DNA of 64,000 nt from Anaerolineales bacterium (GTDB taxonomy: Bacteria; Chloroflexota; Anaerolineae; Anaerolineales; UBA11579): the NCBI GenBank assembly GCA_963662985.1, contig OY760066.1, positions 167,801 through 231,800 on the forward strand. Direction: 5' to 3'. The notes under the pieces were generated by a model. That model was not told where the DNA came from. It searched no databases and saw only the letters and a program-made list of their open reading frames with translations. The position numbers and the translations under genes are program-made. Below, one piece after another: positions 1 to 11,500 of the stretch; position 1 is the stretch's first letter; each line of letters starts with the position of its first letter.

Positions 1-1224
1 TCTTAAATCATCCACCATACTTAATGCATTCTCTTGAGCTATTTTTAATTCTTTTGTTCTCTCATCTACCCTGTTTTCTAGGTTGATTCTTGCATGTAAT
101 AATTCTTTGAGCATAACATCATTTTGATATTGTTCAATTTGAAGGTTTTCTGCCATCTGATTAAATGATTGGCTTAATTCCATAAATTCGTTTGTTGAAG
201 TTAGGTTTATGCGATGATCTAGGTTGCCTTCTCCAATTATTTTTGCGCTTTTATTTAATATTTGAATTGGTTTGACAAAATTCTTTGAAAAAATAACTGC
301 TAGCCCAAAAATAATAAAAATTATCAAAAATAGTAGAATGACGTATATGGTTTTAAGTTGTTCTGTTGGTTGCAATGCAATACTTTGTTCTACTTCTGTA
401 AGAATACAAAGCTGCCAATCTGGCACCCAATTATAAGAGCCAATCACAGGAATTCCTAAATAGTTGTTATATTCTTCAACACTTGTATTCCCAGCTAAAC
501 AATTATCTATTCCTTGAGTAAAAACGGGAACTTGATAGTTTAAATTATCAGTATGTTTGGGAAGAGTGATAAATAAATGTGCTTTATTTACTAGATAGGT
601 CTCTTGTGATGAAAATGAATTTGTGTCTTTTTGAATTATATCTGTGAGCTCATTTAAATTGATGTGCCCAACTAAAACTCCAACAAGCCGTCCAGATGGT
701 GTTAGAATCGGGCTGCTGATATGAAGAACAATTCTTTTTTCGTTTATTAAGTAGGTGATTTGATCGATAAAAGTTTCTTGTCTGCCTTTTATGTAATACT
801 CTTTATTCTCTTTAAATTTTCCAATCAAACTTGGATCACTTGAGGCGATTATTTCTCCAGTTTCTGGATGAAGAATCGAGAATGTCTCAATGCCACCAGT
901 TTCAGCAACATTTGTATTTAAATGGATATAAATCAAATTGTTTTTTGAAATAATATATTCTGGGTCTGTTCTCTGATGATCGAGCATCTTAACAAGATTA
1001 TCAATTACTAATGGACGTTGGCATATACTTTCAAGTAAATATGTATTTGTTTTTACAAACCTATTAAAACTTGTTATTTTTAATTGATTGATTGAACTGA
1101 GATGTGTTTCTAACGCGTTGTGAATGTAGTAATGTGAAGAGGCGTAATTAATTGAAACCACTATTATTAGAGGTATGATCGAAATTGGTAAAAAATAAAA
1201 AAGCAATTTCTGAAAAATCTTCAT
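1..1224 (-). CDS. Membrane sensor protein, N-terminal part only (C-terminus lies beyond window start). Predicted TM, periplasmic Cache-like domain, second TM, HAMP, coiled coil; output domain not in window.
   Basis: Reverse-strand translation from ATG at 1222-1224 gives MKIFQKLLFYFLPISIIPLIIVVSINY... An open frame continues to position 1 and includes a second hydrophobic segment and a HAMP-like stretch (IQILNKSAKIIGEGNLDHRINLTSTNEFMELSQSFNQMAENL). The start ATG overlaps the TGA stop of the 1221..2222 gene (ATGA), suggesting translational coupling. Confidence 0.6.
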   Translation of the reverse strand, partial: MKIFQKLLFYFLPISIIPLIIVVSINYASSHYYIHNALETHLSSINQLKITSFNRFVKTNTYLLESICQRPLVIDNLVKMLDHQRTDPEYIISKNNLIYIHLNTNVAETGGIETFSILHPETGEIIASSDPSLIGKFKENKEYYIKGRQETFIDQITYLINEKRIVLHISSPILTPSGRLVGVLVGHINLNELTDIIQKDTNSFSSQETYLVNKAHLFITLPKHTDNLNYQVPVFTQGIDNCLAGNTSVEEYNNYLGIPVIGSYNWVPDWQLCILTEVEQSIALQPTEQLKTIYVILLFLIIFIIFGLAVIFSKNFVKPIQILNKSAKIIGEGNLDHRINLTSTNEFMELSQSFNQMAENLQIEQYQNDVMLKELLHARINLENRVDERTKELKIAQENALSMVDDLR

Positions 1225-2222
1225 TCTTCACTACCATAGATATTGTTTAGAAAATCAAAATTTACAAATTGTTTAGCAAGGATTTGGTTGTCTATTAAAT
1301 CGATTTCATAAATATCATCAATAATTCCTTGCCATTTCTCATCAGACATCCATCCAATAGGATTTTCTCCATCATATATTAATGGAATCATTGAATAGAG
1401 CATTTCTTTCTGAATTTTTTCATCTTGTAAATCAGCATATTGCATAATAATTTCAAGGGATTCATCTGGATATGAAACTATAAAATTCATTCCTTTAATT
1501 GTTGCTCTCAGAAATCTTTCTATCAAATCTGGATTTTCTTCAATTAGAGATTGGTTGACTATAATACAGTCAGAATACCAATGTACTCCATAATCATCCG
1601 GCCAAAATTCATTTACTTCAATTCCTTCACGTACGATATCCAAATAAGACCCTACTGAAAAAGCTGGGTAGATATCCACTTCGCCAGAATAAAAGGTATC
1701 AAAATCCATATCAAAAGAAACTTCTTTTATGGAATCGATATCTAAATTAGTATTTTTTACCATTGCTAAAAACTGAGTTTCACCGGAAATATTTGTAATT
1801 GCAATTGATTTCCCGTTAAAATCTTGAATAGCGTTTATATTTGAATTTTGAAGAGTAACTAAAAGAAAGGGATTTTTTTGAAAGATAACAGAAATTACTT
1901 GAAGCGGACCTCCTTTGTCAAAAGCCGTGATTATTTCTTCAGGAGCAACAATTGAAAAATCAGCTTCATTAGCTAATAATCTTTCTACTCCATCAATACC
2001 TACTCCACCAGGGATTATATTGATATCGATATTTTCTTCTTTATAGAAACCTTTTTCTTTGGCAACATAGTAACCTGCAAATTGCGCTTGGTTTATCCAT
2101 TTCAGTTGGAGATTAACCTTATCACCTTTTTCACTTGTATTTATCTTAGTACAGGCAGATAGAGTTAATAGGGCGATTATATATATTAATGAAAATATTT
2201 CCCTTTTATGTTTCATTATCAA
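1221..2222 (-). CDS. Lipoprotein, ABC-type solute-binding protein (NMT1/THI5/SsuA-like periplasmic binding fold)
   Basis: Signal peptide plus lipobox (LLTLSAC). The overall pattern matches nitrate/sulfonate/thiamine-precursor type SBPs. It is 4-nt coupled to the downstream sensor gene. Confidence 0.55.
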   Translation of the reverse strand: MIMKHKREIFSLIYIIALLTLSACTKINTSEKGDKVNLQLKWINQAQFAGYYVAKEKGFYKEENIDINIIPGGVGIDGVERLLANEADFSIVAPEEIITAFDKGGPLQVISVIFQKNPFLLVTLQNSNINAIQDFNGKSIAITNISGETQFLAMVKNTNLDIDSIKEVSFDMDFDTFYSGEVDIYPAFSVGSYLDIVREGIEVNEFWPDDYGVHWYSDCIIVNQSLIEENPDLIERFLRATIKGMNFIVSYPDESLEIIMQYADLQDEKIQKEMLYSMIPLIYDGENPIGWMSDEKWQGIIDDIYEIDLIDNQILAKQFVNFDFLNNIYGSEE

Positions 2223-2365
2223 TTCCTTTAATTGAAATTTATTAATTTCAATTCTGAATTGGTTCCTTTGTTCTTTCTAGTGTTCAGGTTGAAACTTAGT
2301 TCTTATCGTTTAATTATACACCAACAAAGGTCATAATTTCGATTAACTATATCCAGTTTATGTGA

Positions 2366-4633
2366 TTATCTTTTTCTAGCATTTTTATTTCTATACATAT
2401 TTTTGTCAGCTTCTTTGAAGATTTGATCGATGGTTACTTCTTTATAACCAGTACTGAACCCGAGCGAGAGTGCTAGGTTATCATTAAATTCCTGATTATG
2501 AATTCTGACATTTTCCTCTATGCGTTGAAGTGCACTTTGAACAGATTCTTCATCTGTTTTAGGTAACAAGATGACAAATTCATCCCCACCTATTCTTACG
2601 ATTTTATCTTGATCTCTAAAACTTTTTTGAAGAATTTTTGCTGTATTTTTGATAGCTTGATCTCCATAAAAATGGCCGTGGCTATCATTTATTATTTTCA
2701 AATGATCGATGTCTGCGATGATGATGCTAACTGGTTTGTTATCGTCATTTTGGATATTTATTGATTCTTTTTCAAAAAATGCCCGATTATAGACCCCCGT
2801 TAGAGCATCATGATTGTTTTCATATGTAAGTTGTTCTTCATATTTTTTTTGTTCGGTGATGTCAATAAAAGATATGATGGCTCTATTTAAAGTGAAATGA
2901 TCTTCAGTGTAATCTAATAAAGTCCATCTTGTTGAAAGAACCAATCTTTCTCCGTTTTTCTTATTTACCACTAGTTCTTTTTCAGCAGTTTTTACTGAAT
3001 TTAGAATCAAATCTATAACTTGGGAAATTGATTCTTTTAGATTTTGCTTTAAGATAAATCTTGAATAATTTACGATAAATTTTTCTTTGTTTTCAATATT
3101 AAATAAGCGTAGATATGATTGATTGACACCAACTATTTCAATCATTTTCAGACATTTATAATAAAAATCTTTATTAAGAAGTTCCTCTAGATCTTGTTTT
3201 TTGTTCTCTTCAAAATAGTTCACTAATTTTGTAAATTCTATTTCCAGATATGGCGTGGGAGATTCATTAAATAATTTTGAATAGCGATTATTACTTTGTG
3301 CAATGATAGATTCTGTTGTTTTTCTGTCTATCGATAATGCAATTTGATTTGAAACAAATTCAAAAAATTCTTTGTCTTTTTGAGTAAAGTTCTTTTCTCC
3401 TAAGTATCTTTGCGTTGCAATCACACCTATTACTTTGTCATTTCTTTTTAAAGGGTGTCCAATATAATCTAAAGGAATTGTTTCTAACGGGATTATTTCT
3501 TTTGATTTTTGCATAGCATTAATTTGACTATATGATAAATAATAACTTTTTCCTGATTTAATGATGATATCGGTCAAATTATTTTCAAGCATTCTTGTAG
3601 GAGGATGTTTTTCGTATTTATTTGCAAAGAATACAAATTCAACTTGTTTTGTTGTTTTATGGTAAAGTGCGATGTAGAAATTCTCTACATTCATTGCTTC
3701 ACTTAAAATCTCATGTATTTGTTTATATAACTCATTTAAATTTTGAGTTGTTAAGGTTGCTTGAGAAATCTTATAGGTTGATGCCTGCATTTTATGGGTT
3801 TTTGCTAAATTGTCTAATTCGTTTTGAAGGCTGTCTAGATAGTTTTTAATTTGAAACATCATAGTGTTAAATGTATTGCCAAGGATCTCAAATTCATCGT
3901 TACTTTGAATCAATACTTTTTTATTGAAGATCCCTTGCTCAACTCTTTTTGTTGCTTTAAGCAAGGTTTCGATTGGAAGAGTGAGTTTTCTTGCGAAGAA
4001 AATATTTAATCCAATAAAAATTGGAAGAAAAGTTAAGATACTTATTATCAAGAAATATAATATGTTTTTCTGAGTATGGAGAATACTATCTGCATTAAAA
4101 ATTATCACTAGAAACCCTTCAAATTCTCCAAATTTATTATAAATTGGTGAGTATCCAGCTAATTGATGGGTTATTGGTTCATATGTTGTGTATTTTAGAT
4201 TTGAATGATCTTTGTTGTTGAGCTCAAGAATTTGGGTTTTTGTTTCTTGATTTACCTCAAATATATTTCCATATCTATCGTCATTAGGCATTGAAATTGT
4301 GTAAATAAATTGATTATTTTTTTCTGGTAGTATGATGAAGATATCTACTATTTTTGAACTACTATTTTGAATTAAATATAATTTTTCAGATATATTCCGA
4401 TAATATTCATTATAGCCATCTCCCTTTTCATTAAACAATGTGAGATAATCTCCATCGATTTGAGGGAGAGAAAAGTTCAACAAATCGACAAGATGGTCAT
4501 GAGAATTTGATATTTGTGTTTTTTTACTTTGATTATAGAAAAAAAATGAAAAAACTGAAATGATAATAATAAATAATATTGAATATACCAATATTATTTT
4601 ATTACTTATTTTCGAAGGGACTTTTTTTCTCAT
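2366..4633 (-). CDS. Membrane sensor diguanylate cyclase (TM, periplasmic Cache-like, TM, HAMP, GAF/PAS, GGDEF)
   Basis: Two hydrophobic segments flank a ~170-aa extracytoplasmic region. The C-terminus carries the GGDEF signature RIGGDEFVILLP and the DxLTG-like element NNHDALTGVYNR, typical of the GGDEF domain. Confidence 0.8.
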   Translation of the reverse strand: MRKKVPSKISNKIILVYSILFIIIISVFSFFFYNQSKKTQISNSHDHLVDLLNFSLPQIDGDYLTLFNEKGDGYNEYYRNISEKLYLIQNSSSKIVDIFIILPEKNNQFIYTISMPNDDRYGNIFEVNQETKTQILELNNKDHSNLKYTTYEPITHQLAGYSPIYNKFGEFEGFLVIIFNADSILHTQKNILYFLIISILTFLPIFIGLNIFFARKLTLPIETLLKATKRVEQGIFNKKVLIQSNDEFEILGNTFNTMMFQIKNYLDSLQNELDNLAKTHKMQASTYKISQATLTTQNLNELYKQIHEILSEAMNVENFYIALYHKTTKQVEFVFFANKYEKHPPTRMLENNLTDIIIKSGKSYYLSYSQINAMQKSKEIIPLETIPLDYIGHPLKRNDKVIGVIATQRYLGEKNFTQKDKEFFEFVSNQIALSIDRKTTESIIAQSNNRYSKLFNESPTPYLEIEFTKLVNYFEENKKQDLEELLNKDFYYKCLKMIEIVGVNQSYLRLFNIENKEKFIVNYSRFILKQNLKESISQVIDLILNSVKTAEKELVVNKKNGERLVLSTRWTLLDYTEDHFTLNRAIISFIDITEQKKYEEQLTYENNHDALTGVYNRAFFEKESINIQNDDNKPVSIIIADIDHLKIINDSHGHFYGDQAIKNTAKILQKSFRDQDKIVRIGGDEFVILLPKTDEESVQSALQRIEENVRIHNQEFNDNLALSLGFSTGYKEVTIDQIFKEADKNMYRNKNARKR

Positions 4634-4659
4634 TTTTTCCTCAAATTTGTATTTGGGTT

Positions 4660-5475
4660 TTATTTCTCATTAAAAAATGGAATCGTTTTATAAATATTGT
4701 TTTTCTCAAGAGCAGTGTTAATTCTATCTAATAACTGTTGGTTAGATTTGTTCACAGCAATACCAAGACCTACATTATTGATAAAAATGACGTTATCATT
4801 TTGATCTCTAACAATTGCTAAGTTATTAAATGTCTCTGAGATTAGGTATTCTGAATTAATATAATCATTAAAAATAACATCAACTCTTCCTATACCAAGA
4901 TCAAGAAATGAGCTTTTTGTATCTTTATATTCCATTAATGAAAATTTGTAACCTTCTGTAAGCAACTTTTGAGTGTAATCAAATCCAGTCGCACCAATTT
5001 TTACACCAACATTTTTATTATTAATTTGTGAAATTCGATTCATTTGCGTTTTGTTTGGATCTATGACCATTACTAAACCAGTGTTGAGATAAGGTTCGGA
5101 AAAGCTCACTATATTTTGCCGTTCAGGAGTTATGTGAATTGCTGCAATGATGATATCTACATTGTTGTTTTCTAAAGCAGGAATGAGATTTGCAAAGGGC
5201 ATTTCAATAAACTCAACTTCATCCCCCAAATTCTCTGAGATTGCTTGCATCAATTGAATATCATATCCAGATAACTGTCCATTTTCATTAAAGTAGACAA
5301 AGGGTTCTGTGATAGCCGTTCCTACGAGAAGTGGTCTTTTTACATTTTCTGGTTCTGAAATTGATGTGTCATTTAACTCTATATTATTTTTGTTATTAAA
5401 CTGCCATGCAAGAAGTAATGCTACAAGGATCAGAATTAGAATGATTAAAATTATATTTTTTTTATTTTTATTCAT
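4660..5475 (-). CDS. Solute-binding protein family 3 (amino-acid/opine-type periplasmic binding protein), N-terminal membrane anchor
   Basis: An N-terminal hydrophobic anchor is followed by an SBP_bac_3-like fold (...LLVGTAITEPFVYFNENGQLSGYDIQLMQAISENLG...). Its start overlaps the stop of 5472..7475 (ATGA). Confidence 0.65.
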   Translation of the reverse strand: MNKNKKNIILIILILILVALLLAWQFNNKNNIELNDTSISEPENVKRPLLVGTAITEPFVYFNENGQLSGYDIQLMQAISENLGDEVEFIEMPFANLIPALENNNVDIIIAAIHITPERQNIVSFSEPYLNTGLVMVIDPNKTQMNRISQINNKNVGVKIGATGFDYTQKLLTEGYKFSLMEYKDTKSSFLDLGIGRVDVIFNDYINSEYLISETFNNLAIVRDQNDNVIFINNVGLGIAVNKSNQQLLDRINTALEKNNIYKTIPFFNEK

Positions 5476-7475
5476 ATCTTCCTAGTTTCATTTTTTTGCA
5501 ATAAATTTTTCAAAATTGATATTAAAAGATTAAACACTCTCCACCAATCCAGTGTTGGTTCAAATTTCTCTGGTACGATTAATAATAAATATTCAGATGA
5601 TGTTTCATTGGCGATTATCTTTGAAGAAATTCCTATCCTATTGGACATATTTAATATTGTTTTAATTTCGTTTGAATTTAAAAATAAAACATCATCCTTT
5701 ATTTGTTTTGAAACAAATATGCTTGAAGATTCAAATTTTTCTTTTGAATATTTGAAATTTGCAATAATTTCATCAATTTTATTTGTATTATGATTATATT
5801 TTATATAAGCCGCTTGATCACAATCTAAAAACAATTTTATAAATTCAGAAATTTCAGTATTAATCTCCGAATAGTATTCAGTTTTATTGATTGCTATAAT
5901 GTGATTTATGATTTCTTGATAATTTGAGATCTTTTGAGCAATACGATGTATTGTGCTGTTATCTGCTAAATTTATAATTAACCCTGCATTGTTTTGATTG
6001 TGAATAACCTCTTTTGCTTTATATGATATATAGATTTCACCTTTCGTCGGATGTGAATAAATAAAACTTTTGCCAATTTCATCAGAAGCAGAAGAGTAAG
6101 ATAATAAATAGTTTAAATTATTTATATCAATATTCGGCTGCATCATTTTTACAATTTCGCTAAAATCTCTATTTTCTAATTCATAACTTTCAAATCCTAA
6201 AATTCTTATTGCACTTTCATTTAAATATTGAATTTTATTTTCGTTATTGACAATGATCACTCCTTCAAACATTGAGTCAATATAGTGTTTCTTTAAGGAA
6301 AGTGCTTTTTCAAGCTGTGATAATGTATTTTTTCTCTCTTTATTTATAATTATTAAATAGACAATCCAAGCTGTTAAGAGAATTAGCATTAGGAGAAATA
6401 TTATTATTTCATTGATATATTGAGTAAAGATTGTAATAGGCTGATTTATGAATATTGAGTCTTTTGGAAGTTGATTCTTCGAGATGTTAAATCTTTCGAG
6501 TTGATTATAATCAAAAATATATTGATTTGGACTATTTTCAATAATTGCAATAGTCGAAATTGGCGTTCCATTGAAGATTTTTATGGTTAATTGCGCAGCT
6601 AATTCAGCTTGTTTATTTTGACTAACAACTTTTCCACCTAATATACCCATTCCAATGCCATGTTTCCATAGATGAAAAATTGGTATATTAGAATATTGAT
6701 AAATATTTTTTAGAGATTCTGTAAAACTAAGGCTATTATTTTCTTTATCACGTAAAGCAGAGATTAACAATAAACTTTTGTTGTCATCCATTGTTATTTT
6801 ATTAATCTCTTCATAGAATTCTTCATAAGTGTAATATGACAAGTCAATGTAAGATAAGGTTATATTTGGATATTTTTTTTGAAAATTTAGGAAATTTTCT
6901 AAATCTATCTTACTTGTTGTTGTGTTATCCGATATTGCAATTATTTCTTTTGTATTTGGGTATATATCTAAGATCACATCAATAGTATCTTTAATTGATA
7001 ATTCTTCTACTATACCTGTGACATTTGGATTTAGGTTTAATTCGTTTGCTAGTTTTTTGTCATTAAGACCAAAGAAAATAACTGGTTTATTCTTAAAAAA
7101 CTCATTGTAATATTTTAAAACAAAATTTAATGCATTATCGTCGGCAGTTAATATAATATCGTATTGAGCAATAATATCTCTTTTGATTGTAAGTTCCTGA
7201 TAAAAGAGATTTTCCATTTGTTCTGCTGGAAAACGTTTGGTATCCATAAACATATATGAAAATTCTATTTGATATTTTCCAAACACATCTTTTAATCCTT
7301 GTAGCTGATCATCAAATGTTATAAATTCTGAACTATATGAGCTGATAAATAAAATTTGGGGAGTATTATCTAATGTTATTGTTGATACAGTTTTATCTTT
7401 TGTTAAATTTAAAAATAACATGATAAATAAAAGAACCCCTGTAATTATCAAGAAAATTCTTGTTATTAATTTCAT
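5472..7475 (-). CDS. Membrane sensor protein with periplasmic ABC-substrate-binding-like domain, TM, PAS; no recognisable catalytic output domain
   Basis: An N-terminal TM is followed by a ~330-aa periplasmic domain resembling sugar/nucleoside SBPs, then a TM (IIIFLLMLILLTAWIVYLII), then a PAS-like region (MFEGVIIVNNENKIQYLNESAIRILGF). The C-terminal ~200 aa have no HisKA, GGDEF or MCP motif. Confidence 0.55.
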   Translation of the reverse strand: MKLITRIFLIITGVLLFIMLFLNLTKDKTVSTITLDNTPQILFISSYSSEFITFDDQLQGLKDVFGKYQIEFSYMFMDTKRFPAEQMENLFYQELTIKRDIIAQYDIILTADDNALNFVLKYYNEFFKNKPVIFFGLNDKKLANELNLNPNVTGIVEELSIKDTIDVILDIYPNTKEIIAISDNTTTSKIDLENFLNFQKKYPNITLSYIDLSYYTYEEFYEEINKITMDDNKSLLLISALRDKENNSLSFTESLKNIYQYSNIPIFHLWKHGIGMGILGGKVVSQNKQAELAAQLTIKIFNGTPISTIAIIENSPNQYIFDYNQLERFNISKNQLPKDSIFINQPITIFTQYINEIIIFLLMLILLTAWIVYLIIINKERKNTLSQLEKALSLKKHYIDSMFEGVIIVNNENKIQYLNESAIRILGFESYELENRDFSEIVKMMQPNIDINNLNYLLSYSSASDEIGKSFIYSHPTKGEIYISYKAKEVIHNQNNAGLIINLADNSTIHRIAQKISNYQEIINHIIAINKTEYYSEINTEISEFIKLFLDCDQAAYIKYNHNTNKIDEIIANFKYSKEKFESSSIFVSKQIKDDVLFLNSNEIKTILNMSNRIGISSKIIANETSSEYLLLIVPEKFEPTLDWWRVFNLLISILKNLLQKNETRKI

Positions 7476-7507
7476 ATATACCTTCTATAGTTTTTGGTTA
7501 CAGAAAA

Positions 7508-8578
7508 TTATTTATAGATATCGTCGAATTTTTTATGAATTTTCTTGAAAACTTTGATGATGTTTGGATCAAAATGCGTTCCAATATCTTTAATTATTAA
7601 TTCTATTGATTTATTATGTGAATATGCTTGTTTGTATACTCTTTCATTTCGTAAGGTGTCATAAGCATCAGCAACTGCTAAGATACGTGATTCTAGTGGA
7701 ATATCTTCACCTTTTAAACCATTCGGATAACCTGATCCATCCCATTTTTCATGATGTGTAAGTGCTAATTTTATTCCAGCTGAGACATATTTATTTTCAG
7801 GGTATTTTTCTTTCGCCTTTAATAGACTTTTTGCACCAATAATAGTGTGTGATTTCATTATCTCAAATTCTTCTGGGGTTAATTTATCAGGTTTTAAGAG
7901 AATTTTATCTTCAATTCCTACTTTCCCCACATCATGTAGCGCTGCTGTGTAATAAAATATTTTGATAAATTCATCAGTAATGATGTGTTTAAATTCTTCT
8001 TCTTTGGCTAATTCGCGGGCTAAAATGAGGCAGAGTTCTTGAACATTTTCAATATGCTTGCCGGTGTTATTATCTCTGGTTTCTGCTAAATTTGCTAAAG
8101 CAACAATAGCAGCCATTTGTGAATCTGCAATTTCTTTAACTTGTGTTGCGACTCTTCTATTAAGTTCTCTGTTTATTTGAAGCAATTCTTCTTGAAGATT
8201 TTTGATTTTTAGATGTGTTTTAATTCGTGCTAAAACTTCTGCAAAGTTAAATGGTTTGGTGATATAGTCTACTCCACCAGCCTCAAACGCTGTAATTTTA
8301 TCTTCAATTTGCACCATTGCGGTTAAGAATATCACAGGAATATTTTTTAGCTTTTGATTTGATTTAAAAAGCTTACAAACGTCTATGCCATTCATATTGG
8401 GCATATTAATATCTAATAAAACCAAATCTGGCGGATTTAATTCTGCAGCTTGAATTGCCATGTTCCCAGAGGGGAATGCATAAACTTTATAGTTATTTTC
8501 AAAGAGTAATAATTCTAAGATCTTAAGATTCTCAGGTGTGTCATCAATTATCATAATCTTTGGTTTTTCATCTATCAT
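7508..8578 (-). CDS. Response regulator, REC + HD-GYP phosphodiesterase (RpfG-like, c-di-GMP)
   Basis: REC domain with the phosphoacceptor context PDLVLLDINMP. HD-GYP motifs HDVGKVG ... HHEKWDGSGYP. Confidence 0.85.
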   Translation of the reverse strand: MIDEKPKIMIIDDTPENLKILELLLFENNYKVYAFPSGNMAIQAAELNPPDLVLLDINMPNMNGIDVCKLFKSNQKLKNIPVIFLTAMVQIEDKITAFEAGGVDYITKPFNFAEVLARIKTHLKIKNLQEELLQINRELNRRVATQVKEIADSQMAAIVALANLAETRDNNTGKHIENVQELCLILARELAKEEEFKHIITDEFIKIFYYTAALHDVGKVGIEDKILLKPDKLTPEEFEIMKSHTIIGAKSLLKAKEKYPENKYVSAGIKLALTHHEKWDGSGYPNGLKGEDIPLESRILAVADAYDTLRNERVYKQAYSHNKSIELIIKDIGTHFDPNIIKVFKKIHKKFDDIYK

Positions 8579-11500
8579 TTAATACCTGCCTTCAAGTAAA
8601 TCTAAAAGACCCTGATAATTATATTCATCAATGTAAGATATAAATATTTCTTTTAATTCTGAAAGTTTATTATCTAACATATCAATTAATTCTCGGATTT
8701 TTTCTATATCTCCTTGTTGAATGTTCTCTATTATGTTTTGTTTCCAAAGTTTAGGTAATTTATCAATTAGTTCTTTGTTAATCTTGTGTTGTTTTTCAAT
8801 TCTTTTTAGATTTGGATTGTTATTAAAATATTCGTATTCGATATTTAAATTCTCTTTTAAGATCAAAAATATTTTTTCGATATCGTATGGTTTTAACAAA
8901 ATACCGTTTGTCTTTGATTCTTTAATTTTAATTGAAAGTTCTTCATCAAAGATAGTAGCAGAGATTAAATAAATAGGGATTTCATTGTTAAATTGATCTT
9001 CTCTAATATTTTTGATAAATTTAAACGCATTGTCAAACGGTGCTTTTATTCCTAAAAACACAAAGTCTGGTTTTTGAAGGTTAAATTCTTGGATGGCTTT
9101 TCTCATATCTGTTGTTGAAAGTACTTTGAATCCAACGTTCTTTAATTGTGTCGAGAGTAAGGTTAGGTTGGACTTGTCTTCATCAATAATTAACACCTGA
9201 GGGGATATTTGGTTTTGTTTAATGGACTTTACATAACCGAAGCCATTATCTTGTATGTGGGGTTCTATCTCTGAAATTTTGTTAATGAATGAGAATTCGA
9301 ATTCTGAACCTTGATTTGGTTCGCTCATAATTAAAATCACATCACCATGCATTATTTGAGCATATTGCCGGCTAATCGCCATACCTAACCCAGACCCTGA
9401 TTTTTTGTTGATGTCATTCTCTCCTTGTTCAAAATATTCAAAGACCTTATCACGATCATTTTGATTGATACCAATCCCTGTGTCTTTTACAATAATTGAA
9501 ACAAAGATATCGTTTATGTTGATTTTTTCATATTTGATAATAATTTCTATATTGCCTTCTGATGTAAATTTTATTGCATTTGACATCAGATTTGCGATAA
9601 CTTGTTTGATCTTTTGCTTATCACCGTAAAGAAATCTTGGAAAATCATCCTGGATGTTTATATTAAAATTAATTCCTTTTTTGCTGATTCGATAGGAAAA
9701 CATGTTTTTTATCTCGGATAACATCATACAGAAATCATAGATATTTTCTTCAATTTTCATTATTCCTGATTCTATTTTTGATAAATCTAATATGTCGTTG
9801 ATCAGGGATAATAACATTTCTCCACTTCGATTTATAATCTCTAGTGATTCCTTATGGTGTTGATTTAGATTATCGTCTCTTTTTAACATTTGAGCGTAAC
9901 CTAAAATTGCATTCATGGGGGTGCGAATCTCATGTGACATATTTGCTAGAAACTGTGTTTTTGCTTGAGTAGCTGAAACAGCTATATCTCTTGCTTTTGC
10001 TAATTCATATTCAATTTTCTTTAGTTCACTGATATCAATTAACCAACCTTTTATACTTTCTTTCCCTTTATAAATTGTTTTATAGAAATATGAGAGTGTA
10101 TGAATCGTTTCTCCATTTTGCCCAACAATTTCAAGGTCAAAATTTGTGAATTGGTCTTTTGTTTTTAATTCATTCTTTAGGTATTTTCGGTCTTCGATGT
10201 TTTTATATAATTTTTCAGCGTTATCTCCAATTGAGAGACCTGTCATATGTTGAAAAGTATTATTGAAGAATGCCAATTTATTATCTGTTGAAATCGCAAA
10301 TGCAATGGGGCTTGAGTTAAGAATTTCTTCTAACTTCTGTTGTTCTTCATTTAATTCTATCTCTAGTTTCTTGGTTTTTGTTATATCCCAAGATAAACCT
10401 AAGATCCTTTCTGGTTTATTGTATGTACCAAGTATAGGATGTCCAAAAACATGAATATATTTTTTCTGTCCTGTTGCTGTTTGAATTTCAAAATCATTAT
10501 TAAAATCTTTATAAGTTTTAATACAATTACTTATTTGATCTAATAATCTGTCTTTATCTTTAAAAAGAATTTTATCTTTTAAGTCGTGAGGTATTGATAT
10601 CTTTTCGTTTGTTGGAATATCAAAGATTTGATACATTATTTCATCCCAACTCATTTTTTTATCTTTTATATCCCATTCCCAAAGCCCAATTTCTGCTGAA
10701 TATTTTGCTAGCTCAAATCTATTTTGGAGTTGTGATAAATCATTGCCACTTTTTATTATTTTTTCTGTAAGTGATATATTCAATTTTTTAATTCTGTCAT
10801 TAGAAATAATATTTTCTATTTTTTCACTGACAATGATTGAAATGTTATTTAATAATTCTTTTTCTTCTTCTAAAAAGAAGGAGGGATTATTAAATATTTT
10901 CTGATTTACATAACTAATTTCGATAAATCCTTCAGGAATATTATCTATAATCAACTCACTATTAATCTTGCAATTTGAGTTTGTATAATTTGAAGATCTA
11001 TAGTCTTGGCCTTTATATCTGATCTTTACAGCTGTGTTTGATGGATATTGCCAACCACTGGGAATAATCTCAATCATTTTAGTAATAATATTTTTTATAT
11101 CATTTTCTTTTTGAATTAGTTTTGAAATATCTCGAAGACATTGTAGTTCATTTATGCGTTTATTCATTTTGATGAGCAAATCATCTTGATGTGCTTCAAT
11201 ACTTTTTCTTAGTCCAATGTTTTGAAAAAATCCAATATAATATTCTGTATTTTGTAGCTCATCAAATTGTGCGATTAATAAAACTTCTACGGGGATACGG
11301 CTTTCATTTTTATGAATATATTCTTTTTCATATTTTATAGAAATTTTATCTGGTGATAATAAGCTGAGCATATCAAGTTCATCATCTAAATATTCGCTCG
11401 GAGTTAGGTCTATCCAGCTCATATTTTCAATTTCTGATTTTGTGTATCCTACTAATTCACAATATTTTTTGTTAGGATTAAATAACCTTTGATCATGGGT

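Noticed and set aside
2229-2254. AT-only inverted repeat AATTGAAAT…ATTTCAATT after the GGDEF gene
   Set aside because: The stem is entirely A/T and too weak to call as a terminator with confidence.
3622-3849. Small antisense ORFs within signalling genes (3622..3849, 5608..5793, 6922..7110, 8721..8972, 10263..10454, 14158..14379)
   Set aside because: They lie entirely within longer domain-bearing CDSs on the opposite strand, with no RBS or conservation signal.
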